From NCBI GenBank assembly GCA_026417755.1, contig JAOACQ010000103.1:8822-72821 (forward strand): DNA of 64,000 nt, read 5' to 3'. Made by a program: the position numbers and the translations under genes. Of the stretch, positions 1 to 9,175 are shown piece by piece; positions within the stretch are counted from its first letter, which is position 1, and every line of letters starts with the position of its first letter. This DNA comes from Brevinematales bacterium (lineage in GTDB: Bacteria; Spirochaetota; Brevinematia; Brevinematales; JAOACQ01). The notes beneath the pieces were generated by a model that saw only the letters and a list, made by a program, of their open reading frames with translations, had not been told where the DNA came from and did no database searches.

Positions 1-602
1 TCCCTTATATCACCAATTGTATACTTAAGCCTTTTATCATCCTTATGTCTTGAAATAAGTAAATGAATAGAATTTTCTCCATGCCCAAAAGCCATAATTT
101 CTTTAACAGGGAGTTTAAGAAGCTGATTGACTATTTCATTCCCTATTGACCCTCCAGCACCGGTTACAAAAATCCTTTTTCCCAAGTAAAATGGAGAAAT
201 CTTCTCAATATCAAACCCGACCTCTTCTCTACCAAGAAGATCATCCAGATTAACCTTTCTTATTTGTCTTAAGTCAAATGTTCCTTCAACAATTTCATAA
301 AGCCCGGGGACAATCTTTACACTTACTCTCAGGGGAAGAATTACTTTGAAAATTCTCTGGATCACATCATTCCTTGCAGAAGGAATAGCAATCAAAACTT
401 CATCAATCTGATATTTTTTTATTATATCTGGTGCATCAAAGACTTTTCCAAGAATTGGAAAATCAAGAACATATTCAAGACTTTCATTATCATCAAGGAA
501 ACCAACAATATTATAAATCTTTTTTAATCGTTCATTATTTTGGATAAGTAAGACTGCTAATTGCCCTGCTCCACCAGCACCAATTATTAACACATTTTTC
601 AT
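1..602 (-). CDS. Polysaccharide biosynthesis protein, CapD/PglF/WbpM-like NDP-sugar dehydratase (N-terminal ~200 aa; 3' end lies beyond the window edge)
   Basis: Own translation of the minus strand from ATG at 600-602 gives MKNVLIIGAGGAGQLAV...FLDDN...IAIPSA...RIFVTGAGGSIGNEI. Two Rossmann GxGxxG motifs in this layout are typical of the CapD family. It is absent from the ORF track because it runs off the window. Confidence 0.6.
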   Translation of the reverse strand, partial: MKNVLIIGAGGAGQLAVLLIQNNERLKKIYNIVGFLDDNESLEYVLDFPILGKVFDAPDIIKKYQIDEVLIAIPSARNDVIQRIFKVILPLRVSVKIVPGLYEIVEGTFDLRQIRKVNLDDLLGREEVGFDIEKISPFYLGKRIFVTGAGGSIGNEIVNQLLKLPVKEIMAFGHGENSIHLLISRHKDDKRLKYTIGDIR

Positions 603-637
603 TTTAATATTATAAATTTTAATAACTTTTTTTGCAA

Positions 638-1684
638 TTAAATAATAAACATTGCATCTCCATAGCTGAAAAACCTGAATCTCTCTTTGATTGCAAAATC
701 ATACGCATTTTTAATAAGTTCTTTCCCTGCAAAAGCATATACCAAAAGTAAAAGGGTAGAATAAGGCAAATGAAAATTTGTAACCATTCTGTCAACAACC
801 TTAAACCTAAAATTGTCTTTGATAAACAAGTCAGTATAAGCACTATGTGGTTTAAAATTTTTAACATCTCCAAACAATTCTCCAAGAGTTTCCAGTGTTC
901 TCACGCTTGTAGTTCCAACTGCTGTGACTTTGTGATTATTAATTTTTGCTCTTTTAATCTTCTCAACATTCTCCTCATCGACACTAAACCACTCTTTATG
1001 AATTTTAAAATCTTCAATTTTTCCCTCTATAGGTTTAAATGTGCCTGGTCCAATATGCAATGTCACAAACGCAAACTCCACACCTTTTTCTTTCAAGGCA
1101 TCCAAAAGTCTTTCACTGAAATGAAAAGAGGCAGTAGGAGCGGCAACGGAACCATAATACTTTGCCAACACACTCTGATATCTCTCATCATCTTCTTTAA
1201 TATATTCCGATAAACCTAATTTTTTTCTTTTGTTTATTATATAAGGAGGTAAAGGAGTTAAACCTATTTGATTGATCTTTTCATAGTCGAGAGGCTCATC
1301 AAATCTAAGTATTCTAAATTCATCAATTCTTTCTAAAAGAATCGCATTAATTTTATCAAAATAAATGATTGTGCCCTCTTTAAATTTTTTAGAATTTTTT
1401 ACCATTACTTTCCAACTATTATCATCAATTCTCTCAATCAAAAGTAATTCTATATCTTTACCCAATTCTGTTTTTCCTATAAGTCTTGCTTTAAAAACTT
1501 TGGTATTGTTAAAAACAATCAAATCTTCTTCATTGAAATAATCAATTATTTCTGAAAATTTCCTTTCCAGAAAATTATTTTGCTTTCTATCTACAACAAG
1601 TAATCTTGAATCTTCTCTTGAAATTGGTGGTTTCTCTGCAATAAGATCCTCTGGTAAATCAAAAAACAAATCATTATTATCCAC
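638..1684 (-). CDS. queA: S-adenosylmethionine:tRNA ribosyltransferase-isomerase
   Basis: 348 aa. N-terminus FDLPEDLIAEKP, SRLLVV, LPPYI, VAAPTASFHF and VGTTSVRTLE are hallmark QueA blocks. Confidence 0.9.
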   Translation of the reverse strand: MDNNDLFFDLPEDLIAEKPPISREDSRLLVVDRKQNNFLERKFSEIIDYFNEEDLIVFNNTKVFKARLIGKTELGKDIELLLIERIDDNSWKVMVKNSKKFKEGTIIYFDKINAILLERIDEFRILRFDEPLDYEKINQIGLTPLPPYIINKRKKLGLSEYIKEDDERYQSVLAKYYGSVAAPTASFHFSERLLDALKEKGVEFAFVTLHIGPGTFKPIEGKIEDFKIHKEWFSVDEENVEKIKRAKINNHKVTAVGTTSVRTLETLGELFGDVKNFKPHSAYTDLFIKDNFRFKVVDRMVTNFHLPYSTLLLLVYAFAGKELIKNAYDFAIKERFRFFSYGDAMFII

Positions 1685-2305
1685 CTACAACTCCTTAAGA
1701 AAATAATTTATCCAATTTTTAAAATCTTTCAGATAGAAAGGTTCCCCATGTCCTGGATAAACAAGAAAATCATCAGAAAATCTCTCAAGTTTTTTAAGTG
1801 AGCACTTCATCTTGTCTCCATTTCCATTCGGCAAATCAACCCTACCTATAGAATCTTCAAAAATCAAATCACCTGAAAACATCACTTTTTTATTTTCATT
1901 AAATAAGATAACAAGCCCATTAGTATGCCCCGGCATATGTAAAAACTTCCATTCTTCATTATCAAAAATAAGTTTTCCCTCTTCACCTTCAATTAAAATA
2001 TCAGCTTTTGGCGAAGTAAAAGCTATACCCATAAAACTTGAAAAATTCAACACTGGATTTACAAGCATTTCTGCATCTTCTTTATGTATAATAATCTTAG
2101 CATCAGTTTTTGTTTTAATAATAGAATTTCCAGCAATATGATCATAATGCCCATGCGTATTGAAGATATACTTCAAATTTTCTGGTATCTTACTTATAAA
2201 TTCTTCATCATCAGAAGCTGGATCAATAACAAAACTCTCATTCTCACCTCTCACAATATAGGTATTAACCATCAAATCACCAAGAACAAAACGCAAAATC
2301 TCCAT
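1685..2305 (-). CDS. MBL-fold metallo-hydrolase (glyoxalase II-like)
   Basis: 206 aa with the HGHYDHIAGN (HxHxDH) zinc motif and a later PGHT/PGHG. Zero-nt junction with queA. Confidence 0.8.
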   Translation of the reverse strand: MEILRFVLGDLMVNTYIVRGENESFVIDPASDDEEFISKIPENLKYIFNTHGHYDHIAGNSIIKTKTDAKIIIHKEDAEMLVNPVLNFSSFMGIAFTSPKADILIEGEEGKLIFDNEEWKFLHMPGHTNGLVILFNENKKVMFSGDLIFEDSIGRVDLPNGNGDKMKCSLKKLERFSDDFLVYPGHGEPFYLKDFKNWINYFLKEL

Positions 2306-2308
2306 AAG

Positions 2309-3166
2309 TTAATCCCTATCTTCTACAAGAAATATTGGAACATTTGACTTGTGAATGAGTGTTTGTGAAACTCCCCCAAGAAGCATCTCTTTGAGATTTG
2401 TTTTTCCTTTCTTACCTATAACAATTAATGAAGGATTTTCTGTGCTGGCATAATTAAGTATTTCTGTGATAGAATATCCTGTAGTAAGTAAAGTCATAAC
2501 GTTCTTGAACCCCTTAGACTCAAAGTAATTTTTTAACTCATTAAGCCTTTCGAGATCTCTTTTGTTAAATTCATCAATTTTATCTGCTTCAGCATATTTG
2601 AGATTTCTTAAGTCCTGAACATGTAATATTATTAATTGCTGATTTCCATTCTGAAGCATTGCCTCAATATAAGGAATACATTTCTCAGAAGAATGAGAAA
2701 AATCCGTGCAATAAAGAATCTTTTTAAATATATCCTTACAATATAAGCCTTCTCCTTCAACCTTGCTTCTAATCTTATAAATAAGTATGGGTTTCTTTGA
2801 ATGTTGAACTACCCTCTCCGTCACACTACCAAGAATCATTCTATCAAGAAATGAACTACCATGAGAACCAATTATAATAAATGAAAAATCTCCTTTTTCA
2901 GATAGATCAACTATCTCAATCCACGGTATACCAGTAATAATTTTATAATCTACTTTAAGCCCATAATCCTCAAGAAACTTTTTCCATTTAAACAATAACT
3001 CTTCCTCATACTTTTCACTGGCAAACTTACTCATCTCATCAGAAACATTTAATACATGGAAAAGTAATATCTCCTTAACCCCATTCTTCGATAAACCAGC
3101 AAGACAACTTATTATTTGCTCCGTTTCTTCGGTGAAAACGACAGGAAATAAGACTTTATTTAACAT
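2309..3166 (-). CDS. Tandem universal stress protein (2 x Usp domain)
   Basis: 285 aa with two repeats. Each ends in the Usp ATP-binding pattern (IIGSHGSSFLDRMILGSVTERVV and IGKKGKTNLKEMLLGGVSQTLI). Confidence 0.75.
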   Translation of the reverse strand: MLNKVLFPVVFTEETEQIISCLAGLSKNGVKEILLFHVLNVSDEMSKFASEKYEEELLFKWKKFLEDYGLKVDYKIITGIPWIEIVDLSEKGDFSFIIIGSHGSSFLDRMILGSVTERVVQHSKKPILIYKIRSKVEGEGLYCKDIFKKILYCTDFSHSSEKCIPYIEAMLQNGNQQLIILHVQDLRNLKYAEADKIDEFNKRDLERLNELKNYFESKGFKNVMTLLTTGYSITEILNYASTENPSLIVIGKKGKTNLKEMLLGGVSQTLIHKSNVPIFLVEDRD

Positions 3167-3261
3167 AAAAAACCCTTGAAAATTAAAAAATCAACCGTAT
3201 TTTGATTATAGTCAATAGAAAGCATTTTGTCAATATAAAAATAAAATAAATCAAAAAAGCA

Positions 3262-3290
3262 TTGACAAAAATCAAAAAAATAATTATACT
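3262..3290 (+). promoter_or_regulatory. Sigma70-type promoter TTGACA-17-TATACT for the 3394 lipoprotein gene
   Basis: TTGACA at 3262-3267, exact 17-nt spacer, TATACT at 3285-3290. A perfect 12-nt palindrome TGCTATATAGCA at 3303-3314 lies just downstream. Confidence 0.45.
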
Positions 3291-3393
3291 TAAGATGTAT
3301 TCTGCTATATAGCATATAGAGTTCCATTATTACTTCAAAGAGAAAATTATTGAAATTTTGTAAAAGTTTAAATTTTATCATAGGAGGAATTTT

Positions 3394-4041
3394 ATGAAAA
3401 GAGTATTTAAAGCTATCAGTATTGTAGCTTTAATTTTCGTCGTTGGTTGTGCAAAAAGTGAAACAACTGTAAAACAGGAAACAAAAACAGATTCCGCTCC
3501 TGTTGAATTAAAAACTGACGACAATATTTTCCCTATCTACAGTGATGTATATGGTGGTGGTATTCCAACTGAGATGCCTTTTGCACCTGTTTCTGGAGCT
3601 AAAATGATTGTTTACCTCTGGGAAGGAACCTGCAAGATGAAGCCTGTAAATGACGAAGTTTACAAAGGAAAAGAGGCATTGCTTGTAACTGCTGGAGCTG
3701 GAACATGGTTTGGATTTGGTTTTCACAAGATCAATCCTGGTTCTCAAAAGATGCTTGGTTTTGAAAAAGGCTATCTTAAACTTGCCATTAAAGCTGCACC
3801 AGGTGCTGGAGATGTAAAAGTTCTTGTAAAACATAGCTACCAAACAGAATCATGGTTAAACCTTGATGCTTATGGTTTCAAAGCTGATGGAAAATGGCAT
3901 GAGATCTCAATCCCTTTAGCTGATTTCATTCCTCAGATCAACTTTAAAGATGTAAATATTATGTTTGGAATGGCTCAGGGTAACAAATTTGTCCCAATGT
4001 CAAAATACTGGATCGATGAAATTTACTGGACAAAGAATTAA
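3394..4041 (+). CDS. Lipoprotein with carbohydrate-binding-module-like beta-sandwich domain (function unknown)
   Basis: 215 aa. Signal peptide plus lipobox (FVVGC), SD AGGAGG 6 nt upstream. The C-terminal pattern W-HEISIPLADF...YWIDEIYW resembles the CBM-like paralogs at 28153 and 28893. Confidence 0.6.
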   Translation: MKRVFKAISIVALIFVVGCAKSETTVKQETKTDSAPVELKTDDNIFPIYSDVYGGGIPTEMPFAPVSGAKMIVYLWEGTCKMKPVNDEVYKGKEALLVTAGAGTWFGFGFHKINPGSQKMLGFEKGYLKLAIKAAPGAGDVKVLVKHSYQTESWLNLDAYGFKADGKWHEISIPLADFIPQINFKDVNIMFGMAQGNKFVPMSKYWIDEIYWTKN

Positions 4042-4055
4042 TTAAAGAATAAAGA

Positions 4056-4086
4056 GCCCTGTGGTAGATAGCCACAGGGTTTTTTA
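4056..4086. terminator. Bidirectional intrinsic terminator between convergent genes
   Basis: Stem CCCTGTGG (4057-4064) pairs with CCACAGGG (4072-4079) around a 7-nt loop. A T6 run follows on the plus strand and a T-rich tail on the minus strand. Confidence 0.7.
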
Positions 4087-4821
4087 ATAAAAAATCATAT
4101 CTACATTTGTAGACCCAAGAAATTGTGGATTCTGATTTGTTCTCATCCCCTTTGAATCTATAAAAAAATAATTTGTTACATATGACCTTGTATAGTAATA
4201 AAGTTCAGAGAAAGTTACAAACCCATCAAGGTTTATATCTGCCCTCTTATCATCAAGACCTTTAAGTAAATAATAAGTAAAAAGTCCATGCTTTAAATCA
4301 GAATCTTCTATCGACTCCTCACCATCCATAGAAGCCGTCATAACAAAAAATCTACGGTAGGCTATATAAGCACCAGAAAAACATTTATCAAAAATAAGCA
4401 AAACCTTTTCACTCCTTGAATTTTTAAGCCAATTAAAAAGTTCTGTTTCACAAATAAAACTATTGATATCACCCACATTAGCATCATAAGGAACAATATA
4501 GCTTAATAGATTGCTTCTCATTCCATGTCCAGAAAAATAAAACACATACGTATCCTCAGGTTTTAGGGAAGCAATTGTTTCAACAATATCATTTGAAATG
4601 TTTAATTTCGTTGCTGTATTATTCGTTTTCATCCTGACTGTAAAACCATTATTCCTTAAAAAAGACTCTAAACTAACTGCATCCTCAACACAGTATTTCA
4701 AATCATTGACATTAGCATAATCTTCTATCCCATATATTGTGGCATATTTTCTACCATCACCCGTCTCAAAATTAAAAAGTGAACACGAGGTTAAGAATAA
4801 TAATAACAATAAGATAACCAT
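4084..4821 (-). CDS. Caspase-like cysteine peptidase (family C14, metacaspase/orthocaspase-like) lipoprotein
   Basis: 245 aa with lipobox LTSC (Cys13). His-Cys dyad contexts are YFSGHGM (His99) and LLIFDKCFSGA (Cys147), as in the metacaspase SxHG / DxCxSG motifs. The start overlaps the upstream stop (TAATG). Confidence 0.75.
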   Translation of the reverse strand: MVILLLLLFLTSCSLFNFETGDGRKYATIYGIEDYANVNDLKYCVEDAVSLESFLRNNGFTVRMKTNNTATKLNISNDIVETIASLKPEDTYVFYFSGHGMRSNLLSYIVPYDANVGDINSFICETELFNWLKNSRSEKVLLIFDKCFSGAYIAYRRFFVMTASMDGEESIEDSDLKHGLFTYYLLKGLDDKRADINLDGFVTFSELYYYTRSYVTNYFFIDSKGMRTNQNPQFLGSTNVDMIFY

Positions 4822-5372
4822 TAAAATACCCTGTAACTTAAACTTAAAGAATATAATAATGAAATATTAACATCGCTTGAAATATCAAAATATTTAATCA
4901 AACCAACATTCAAAGTTGCAAAAAATTTATCACTAAAATTATACCCCATCCCAAGTGAACCTGAAAGTTCAGTTAAAACATATCGAGGATAATAATAAGA
5001 GAAAATCAAAAAATAAGGAATTCCGCTTCCAATTCCTGCTTCAAAGTAAAAACTTTTAATATTATAATTAAATACAAAATCAAACCCAATAGGCAACTTA
5101 ATTTTATCAGGATAAAGATATCCTCCAACCTTATCTGATTCTCCAATATAATAAAAACCTGGAAAAGTTAATTGAACACCAATATAATCATTAAAAGCAA
5201 TCTTAAAAAGATTAGCAAAACCCCCACCAAGTTGAATCTTTGTCTTAAAACTTTCTCCTCTATAATCATAAAAATTTTGTTCAAGACCTGTTTTAATTCC
5301 ATAATTAACTTTCACCCCACTATAAGCAATAGAAAAAATAAAAATAGTAATATAAAAAATTCTATACATCAA
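4821..5372 (-). CDS. Small outer-membrane beta-barrel-like protein
   Basis: 183 aa with a signal peptide. Alternating hydrophobic/aromatic and Gly-rich strands, and a terminal ...LSYRVF with C-terminal Phe typical of OMPs. Confidence 0.5.
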   Translation of the reverse strand: MMYRIFYITIFIFSIAYSGVKVNYGIKTGLEQNFYDYRGESFKTKIQLGGGFANLFKIAFNDYIGVQLTFPGFYYIGESDKVGGYLYPDKIKLPIGFDFVFNYNIKSFYFEAGIGSGIPYFLIFSYYYPRYVLTELSGSLGMGYNFSDKFFATLNVGLIKYFDISSDVNISLLYSLSLSYRVF

Positions 5373-5378
5373 AAAACC

Positions 5379-6419
5379 TCACTTAATAATATTAAACTTA
5401 ATCATTTTCTGCCTCAAAGTATTTCTATGAATTCCAAGCATTGCAGCAGCCTCAGAAATTCTCCATCTACTTTTTTCAAGCGCAGCAATGATCTGTGCTT
5501 TTTCTATCTCTTTGAGTTCATTTTCAGTTATTACGAGATTATCTTTCTTTACAAATCTTTCATTTTCTAATATCCCTCCTTTCAGGGATATATTAAACAT
5601 ATTCTCTGGCAAATCTTTAAGAGTTATCTTTCCATTTTCACACATTATTATTGCATGATGAATGACATTTTCAAGCAGCCTTTCATTAACATTCCAGTCA
5701 AGAGAGAGAAAGAAATCTAGTACATCTTTCTCAATATACTCAATTGGGTTGTTTTCCTTTCTTGAGTAAAGTTTAATAAAATATTTTGTTAGAACAGGTA
5801 TATCTTCCATTCTTTCTTTTAATGAAGGCAACTTAAGATAAACAACATTAAGTCTGTAGTATAAATCTTCTCTGAACTTAGAGAGCCTTACTTCTTCCCA
5901 CAAATTTCTGTTTGTTGCTGATATTATTCTCACATCGACAGGAATAATCTCAAGTCCACCAACTCTTGAAATAGTTTTATTCTCTATAACACGGAGTAAC
6001 TTAGACTGAAGATTTAAGGAAATCTCACCTATTTCATCAAGAAATATAGATCCATCATTAGCAAGCTCAAACTTACCAATCTTCTTTTTATCAGCACCGG
6101 TAAATGCACCTTTTTCATAACCAAAAAGTTCACTTTCAAGGAGTGTTTCCGGAATTTCAGCACAACTTATCTTAACAAGTCTTTTTGAAGCCCTCTTACT
6201 TAACATATGAGCAGCAGTAGCAAAGAGTTCTTTTCCCGTTCCACTCTCTCCTTCTATCAATATATTTGCTTCACTCCGTGCAGCTCTCTTCAATTTAAGA
6301 AAGGCATTAATAATGGCTTTAGAATACCCTATAATACCAAAGTTCTGCATTTCTTTAATAATCTCTAAATTTTCTTCCTCAGGGTGTTTGATGATTTTAT
6401 CAAGTTCTTCAAGTTTCAT
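5379..6419 (-). CDS. Sigma-54-dependent transcriptional activator (AAA+ EBP) lacking an N-terminal sensory domain
   Basis: 346 aa. Walker A GESGTGKE, GAFTGA loop (YEKGAFTGA), Walker B IFLDEIGE, ISATNR, and a C-terminal Fis-type HTH (AAAMLGIHRNTLRQKM). Only ~26 aa precede the AAA+ core. Confidence 0.85.
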   Translation of the reverse strand: MKLEELDKIIKHPEEENLEIIKEMQNFGIIGYSKAIINAFLKLKRAARSEANILIEGESGTGKELFATAAHMLSKRASKRLVKISCAEIPETLLESELFGYEKGAFTGADKKKIGKFELANDGSIFLDEIGEISLNLQSKLLRVIENKTISRVGGLEIIPVDVRIISATNRNLWEEVRLSKFREDLYYRLNVVYLKLPSLKERMEDIPVLTKYFIKLYSRKENNPIEYIEKDVLDFFLSLDWNVNERLLENVIHHAIIMCENGKITLKDLPENMFNISLKGGILENERFVKKDNLVITENELKEIEKAQIIAALEKSRWRISEAAAMLGIHRNTLRQKMIKFNIIK

Positions 6420-6428
6420 AGTCCATCC

Positions 6429-7571
6429 TTATCGATATTCTATAAAGCCTTCCCTCAAATCCTTATATACCCCTCTCGCTTTTTTCTTGATAGCTTCGCT
6501 ATATTCTCCCTCTATTATCCCCTTTAATATTTCTTCTGACTTATAAACCTTTTCAAAATAAACATAGACCTCTGCAAGACTTATCATAGAATTAGCATAA
6601 AAATTCTTATCATTTTTAAACTTCATAATATTCTTTTCTATATCTTCCACTTCATCCAATGTTGCAATTTTATTTCTCTTCAACAATTCAAGTAAACCAC
6701 TTATAACCATTTTTTTAGTATCATTATCTGATTTTGCAAGCGCATCTCTATAATAAATATAACCTTCTTTATCTCTTTTTCTTGCAATATTCAATAAACC
6801 GTTATAATAAAGTTTTCTCCCCTCATTTTTTATATCATTAATTATCTTTTGTGCCTTTTCATAATTGCTTCTTCTTATAAGAAGTTCGATAAGGTTATAC
6901 CTCACTATATCCTTTTCATCTTCTGTTATATCAGAATTAATTAAATTTTCATACTCTTTTACAGCTTCAGCATAAGGAAGATTGTTTTTAATATTTTCTA
7001 TAATTCCTTTTATACCAAGAGCTGAGATTTTTTCATTTGTAACCTCGTTTGTTACTTCTACCTTTTTCTCTTTATTTGACACTTCTTCTACTTTCTGGAT
7101 CACATTAGTTTCAACAATTATGTTTATGTAATAATTAAGTCTTTTTTTAACCTCACCATCAGCATTAACAAGCTCAAATCTTATCTTACTATCCTTTTTC
7201 CCGGAAATAAAGGAAAAGATCCCATCTTCTATTCTAGTATCATTTGAATTAAATATAGTGTCTCCTTCTATTGATTTTAATACTACAAATCCATCTTTAT
7301 AAGGAACTTTTATTGTAAAAATATTATTGTTTTTTATTCTCACAATTTTATTTTCGCTCTCTATTTTCTTTTCTACAGGCAAATTTTGTTCAATCCTCTC
7401 ATCTTCTGAAAGAATATTTGTTTCATTATTTTTATTACTAATTGCCCCAATATCTTTCAAAATTTGTTCCATAAGATTAAAATCAATCTTTTTAATGTTT
7501 CTTATAAGAATCAAGTGTTCCTGGCTGCAAGAAAATAACAACAAAAAAATCAAAAAAACTAATTTTTTCAT
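6429..7571 (-). CDS. Lipoprotein of unknown function, helical/TPR-like C-terminal half
   Basis: 380 aa with lipobox LLFSC. The N-terminal half is beta-rich. The C-terminal half is helical with TPR-like Y/A/L periodicity. Confidence 0.6.
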   Translation of the reverse strand: MKKLVFLIFLLLFSCSQEHLILIRNIKKIDFNLMEQILKDIGAISNKNNETNILSEDERIEQNLPVEKKIESENKIVRIKNNNIFTIKVPYKDGFVVLKSIEGDTIFNSNDTRIEDGIFSFISGKKDSKIRFELVNADGEVKKRLNYYINIIVETNVIQKVEEVSNKEKKVEVTNEVTNEKISALGIKGIIENIKNNLPYAEAVKEYENLINSDITEDEKDIVRYNLIELLIRRSNYEKAQKIINDIKNEGRKLYYNGLLNIARKRDKEGYIYYRDALAKSDNDTKKMVISGLLELLKRNKIATLDEVEDIEKNIMKFKNDKNFYANSMISLAEVYVYFEKVYKSEEILKGIIEGEYSEAIKKKARGVYKDLREGFIEYR

Positions 7572-7585
7572 AATAACCCACTTTA

Positions 7586-9175
7586 CTAACTTAAAAAACT
7601 TTTTGCTCCCTTATGTTCCGGATTGAGAGCTAATACCATATTAAAGACTCTTTCAGCCAAATCTTCCCTTCCAATTTCAAATAATTGTTGCCCAATTTTG
7701 TAAAGAAAATCTTCATTCTGTTTAAAAAATTCTATACATTCCATAAATATCTCTACTGCCTTATCAATCTCTCTGAGTCTGATCTTAGTAAGGGCATAAG
7801 CATAGAGATATTCTCCTTTTTTATCTCTTAAAATAAGTTTCTCAAATATTTTATCAGCTTCTTGATATTTTAGCAAATTAGATTTAACTATTCCTAAAGT
7901 ATAGAGTAATTCTGAACTTTCAGGAAAAAATTTAAGAGACAATTCTATAATTTCTTCTGCTTCAATTGGTTTGTTAAGCATAAATAAAGAATTACCTATT
8001 ATCAAAAAAAATCTTTCTTCTTTGACATTATTCTCAAGAAGCTGTTGTCCATAAATAAGAGCTTCCTCATATCTTTCAATATAATAACTACACAAAGCTA
8101 ACTGCTTCAAGATTTCAATCTTAAAATTGTTATCAACCTCATATTCTAAAAATTTCTTAAATATATTATAACCTTCTTCAAAATTTCCTTCCATAACAGC
8201 TATAAGACCAATTTTAATCTCAAAAACCTTATTTTTTGTTTTTTCAAAACACTTCTGATAAGATTTTTTTGCATATTCAATATCGCCAAGCTCAAAAAAT
8301 GTATCTCCTAAAACACCAAAATAATTTTGATCTAAAGGTTCATATAAAAAAGCCTTCCTTAAAAATTCTAAAGCCATACTAAAATCATTCTTAGCCTTAT
8401 AAGAAAGTCCAATATAATTATAAAGTTCAAATAGATATTTTTTTCGCTCTAAACCATAAGTTAAAAATTCTATTGCCTTGTCATATTGTCCAGTTTCATA
8501 ATAACTAATTCCAAGCCCAAAATATAGATAATCAACCTGAACTTTAATATTTTTGTCTTTTTTTAAAATATTATAAAAATTTTCAAAATATTTAACCGCA
8601 TCGACGAACTCTTTTTTCAAAAAAGAACCTATCCCCATTCCATAAATAGAAAGTGGTGTCTGTTTTTTCTCATACATTCGCTGAAATAAATCGATGGCAT
8701 AATCAATCTTTTGTAATTCAATAAATCTTATACCTACCATATAAATATTTTCATCATAAGAATCAAAAAATTTCTCATCCTTTGTGATATTATAAGCCTT
8801 CTCGTATTGTTTTTGCTCAATATAGCAATATGCTATATAAGGTAAAGCATAAGAATAATAATCATCTATAACATCTATGCTTTTAAGATATTTTAAACTC
8901 TCCTCAAAATCATAAAGATAAAAGTTTACGACTCCCATATTATATTTAAGATAGTTTTTCTCCGGTTCAAGTTTAAGAGCCTCCCCTATTATAATTTTGG
9001 CCTTTTTAAACTCATTTTTCTCAAGAAATATATTTGAAAGATAAAACAACATTTTTTTTATTTCTTCTAGATCATCAAACAAATCATAAATCATCTTTAA
9101 TGCTTCGTTTGTTTTACCCAGTTCAAGAAGTTTATAAAAGAAATCTATATTAAAATTTCTGTCAACAGTAGCCAT
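7586..9175 (-). CDS. Tetratricopeptide-repeat protein (cytoplasmic, ~12 TPR units)
   Basis: 529 aa with many 34-aa repeats of the W/Y-G-Y-A-F-P pattern (e.g. YNMGVVNFYLYDFEESLKYLKS, YFGLGISYYETGQYDKAIEFL). No signal peptide. Confidence 0.75.
   Translation of the reverse strand: MATVDRNFNIDFFYKLLELGKTNEALKMIYDLFDDLEEIKKMLFYLSNIFLEKNEFKKAKIIIGEALKLEPEKNYLKYNMGVVNFYLYDFEESLKYLKSIDVIDDYYSYALPYIAYCYIEQKQYEKAYNITKDEKFFDSYDENIYMVGIRFIELQKIDYAIDLFQRMYEKKQTPLSIYGMGIGSFLKKEFVDAVKYFENFYNILKKDKNIKVQVDYLYFGLGISYYETGQYDKAIEFLTYGLERKKYLFELYNYIGLSYKAKNDFSMALEFLRKAFLYEPLDQNYFGVLGDTFFELGDIEYAKKSYQKCFEKTKNKVFEIKIGLIAVMEGNFEEGYNIFKKFLEYEVDNNFKIEILKQLALCSYYIERYEEALIYGQQLLENNVKEERFFLIIGNSLFMLNKPIEAEEIIELSLKFFPESSELLYTLGIVKSNLLKYQEADKIFEKLILRDKKGEYLYAYALTKIRLREIDKAVEIFMECIEFFKQNEDFLYKIGQQLFEIGREDLAERVFNMVLALNPEHKGAKSFLS

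Noticed and set aside
770-1213. Antisense or embedded ORFs in the track, 60-162 aa. Examples are 619-885, 770-1213, 1812-2141, 3508-3843, 5172-5570, 13186-13674, 15382-15783, 24402-24794, 31233-31601, 31812-32174, 41613-41993, 46864-47232, 47716-48051 and 59277-59645.
   Set aside because: Each overlaps a longer ORF on the opposite strand (or same strand, other frame) that has clear family motifs. Their translations are low-complexity F/I/L/S/K-rich, as expected for antisense frames in AT-rich DNA, and none has an SD.
5434-5453. Sigma-54-like GG-N10-GC element (minus strand GAGGCTGCTGCAATGCTTGG) inside the 3' end of the EBP gene, ~60-80 nt upstream of the OM-barrel gene
   Set aside because: It matches only GGC and TGC of the TGGCAC-N5-TTGCA consensus. 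It is encoded by an Ala-Ala-Ala-Met-Leu stretch of the HTH, so chance occurrence is likely. I found no better TGGCAC-N5-TTGC match anywhere in the window's intergenic regions.
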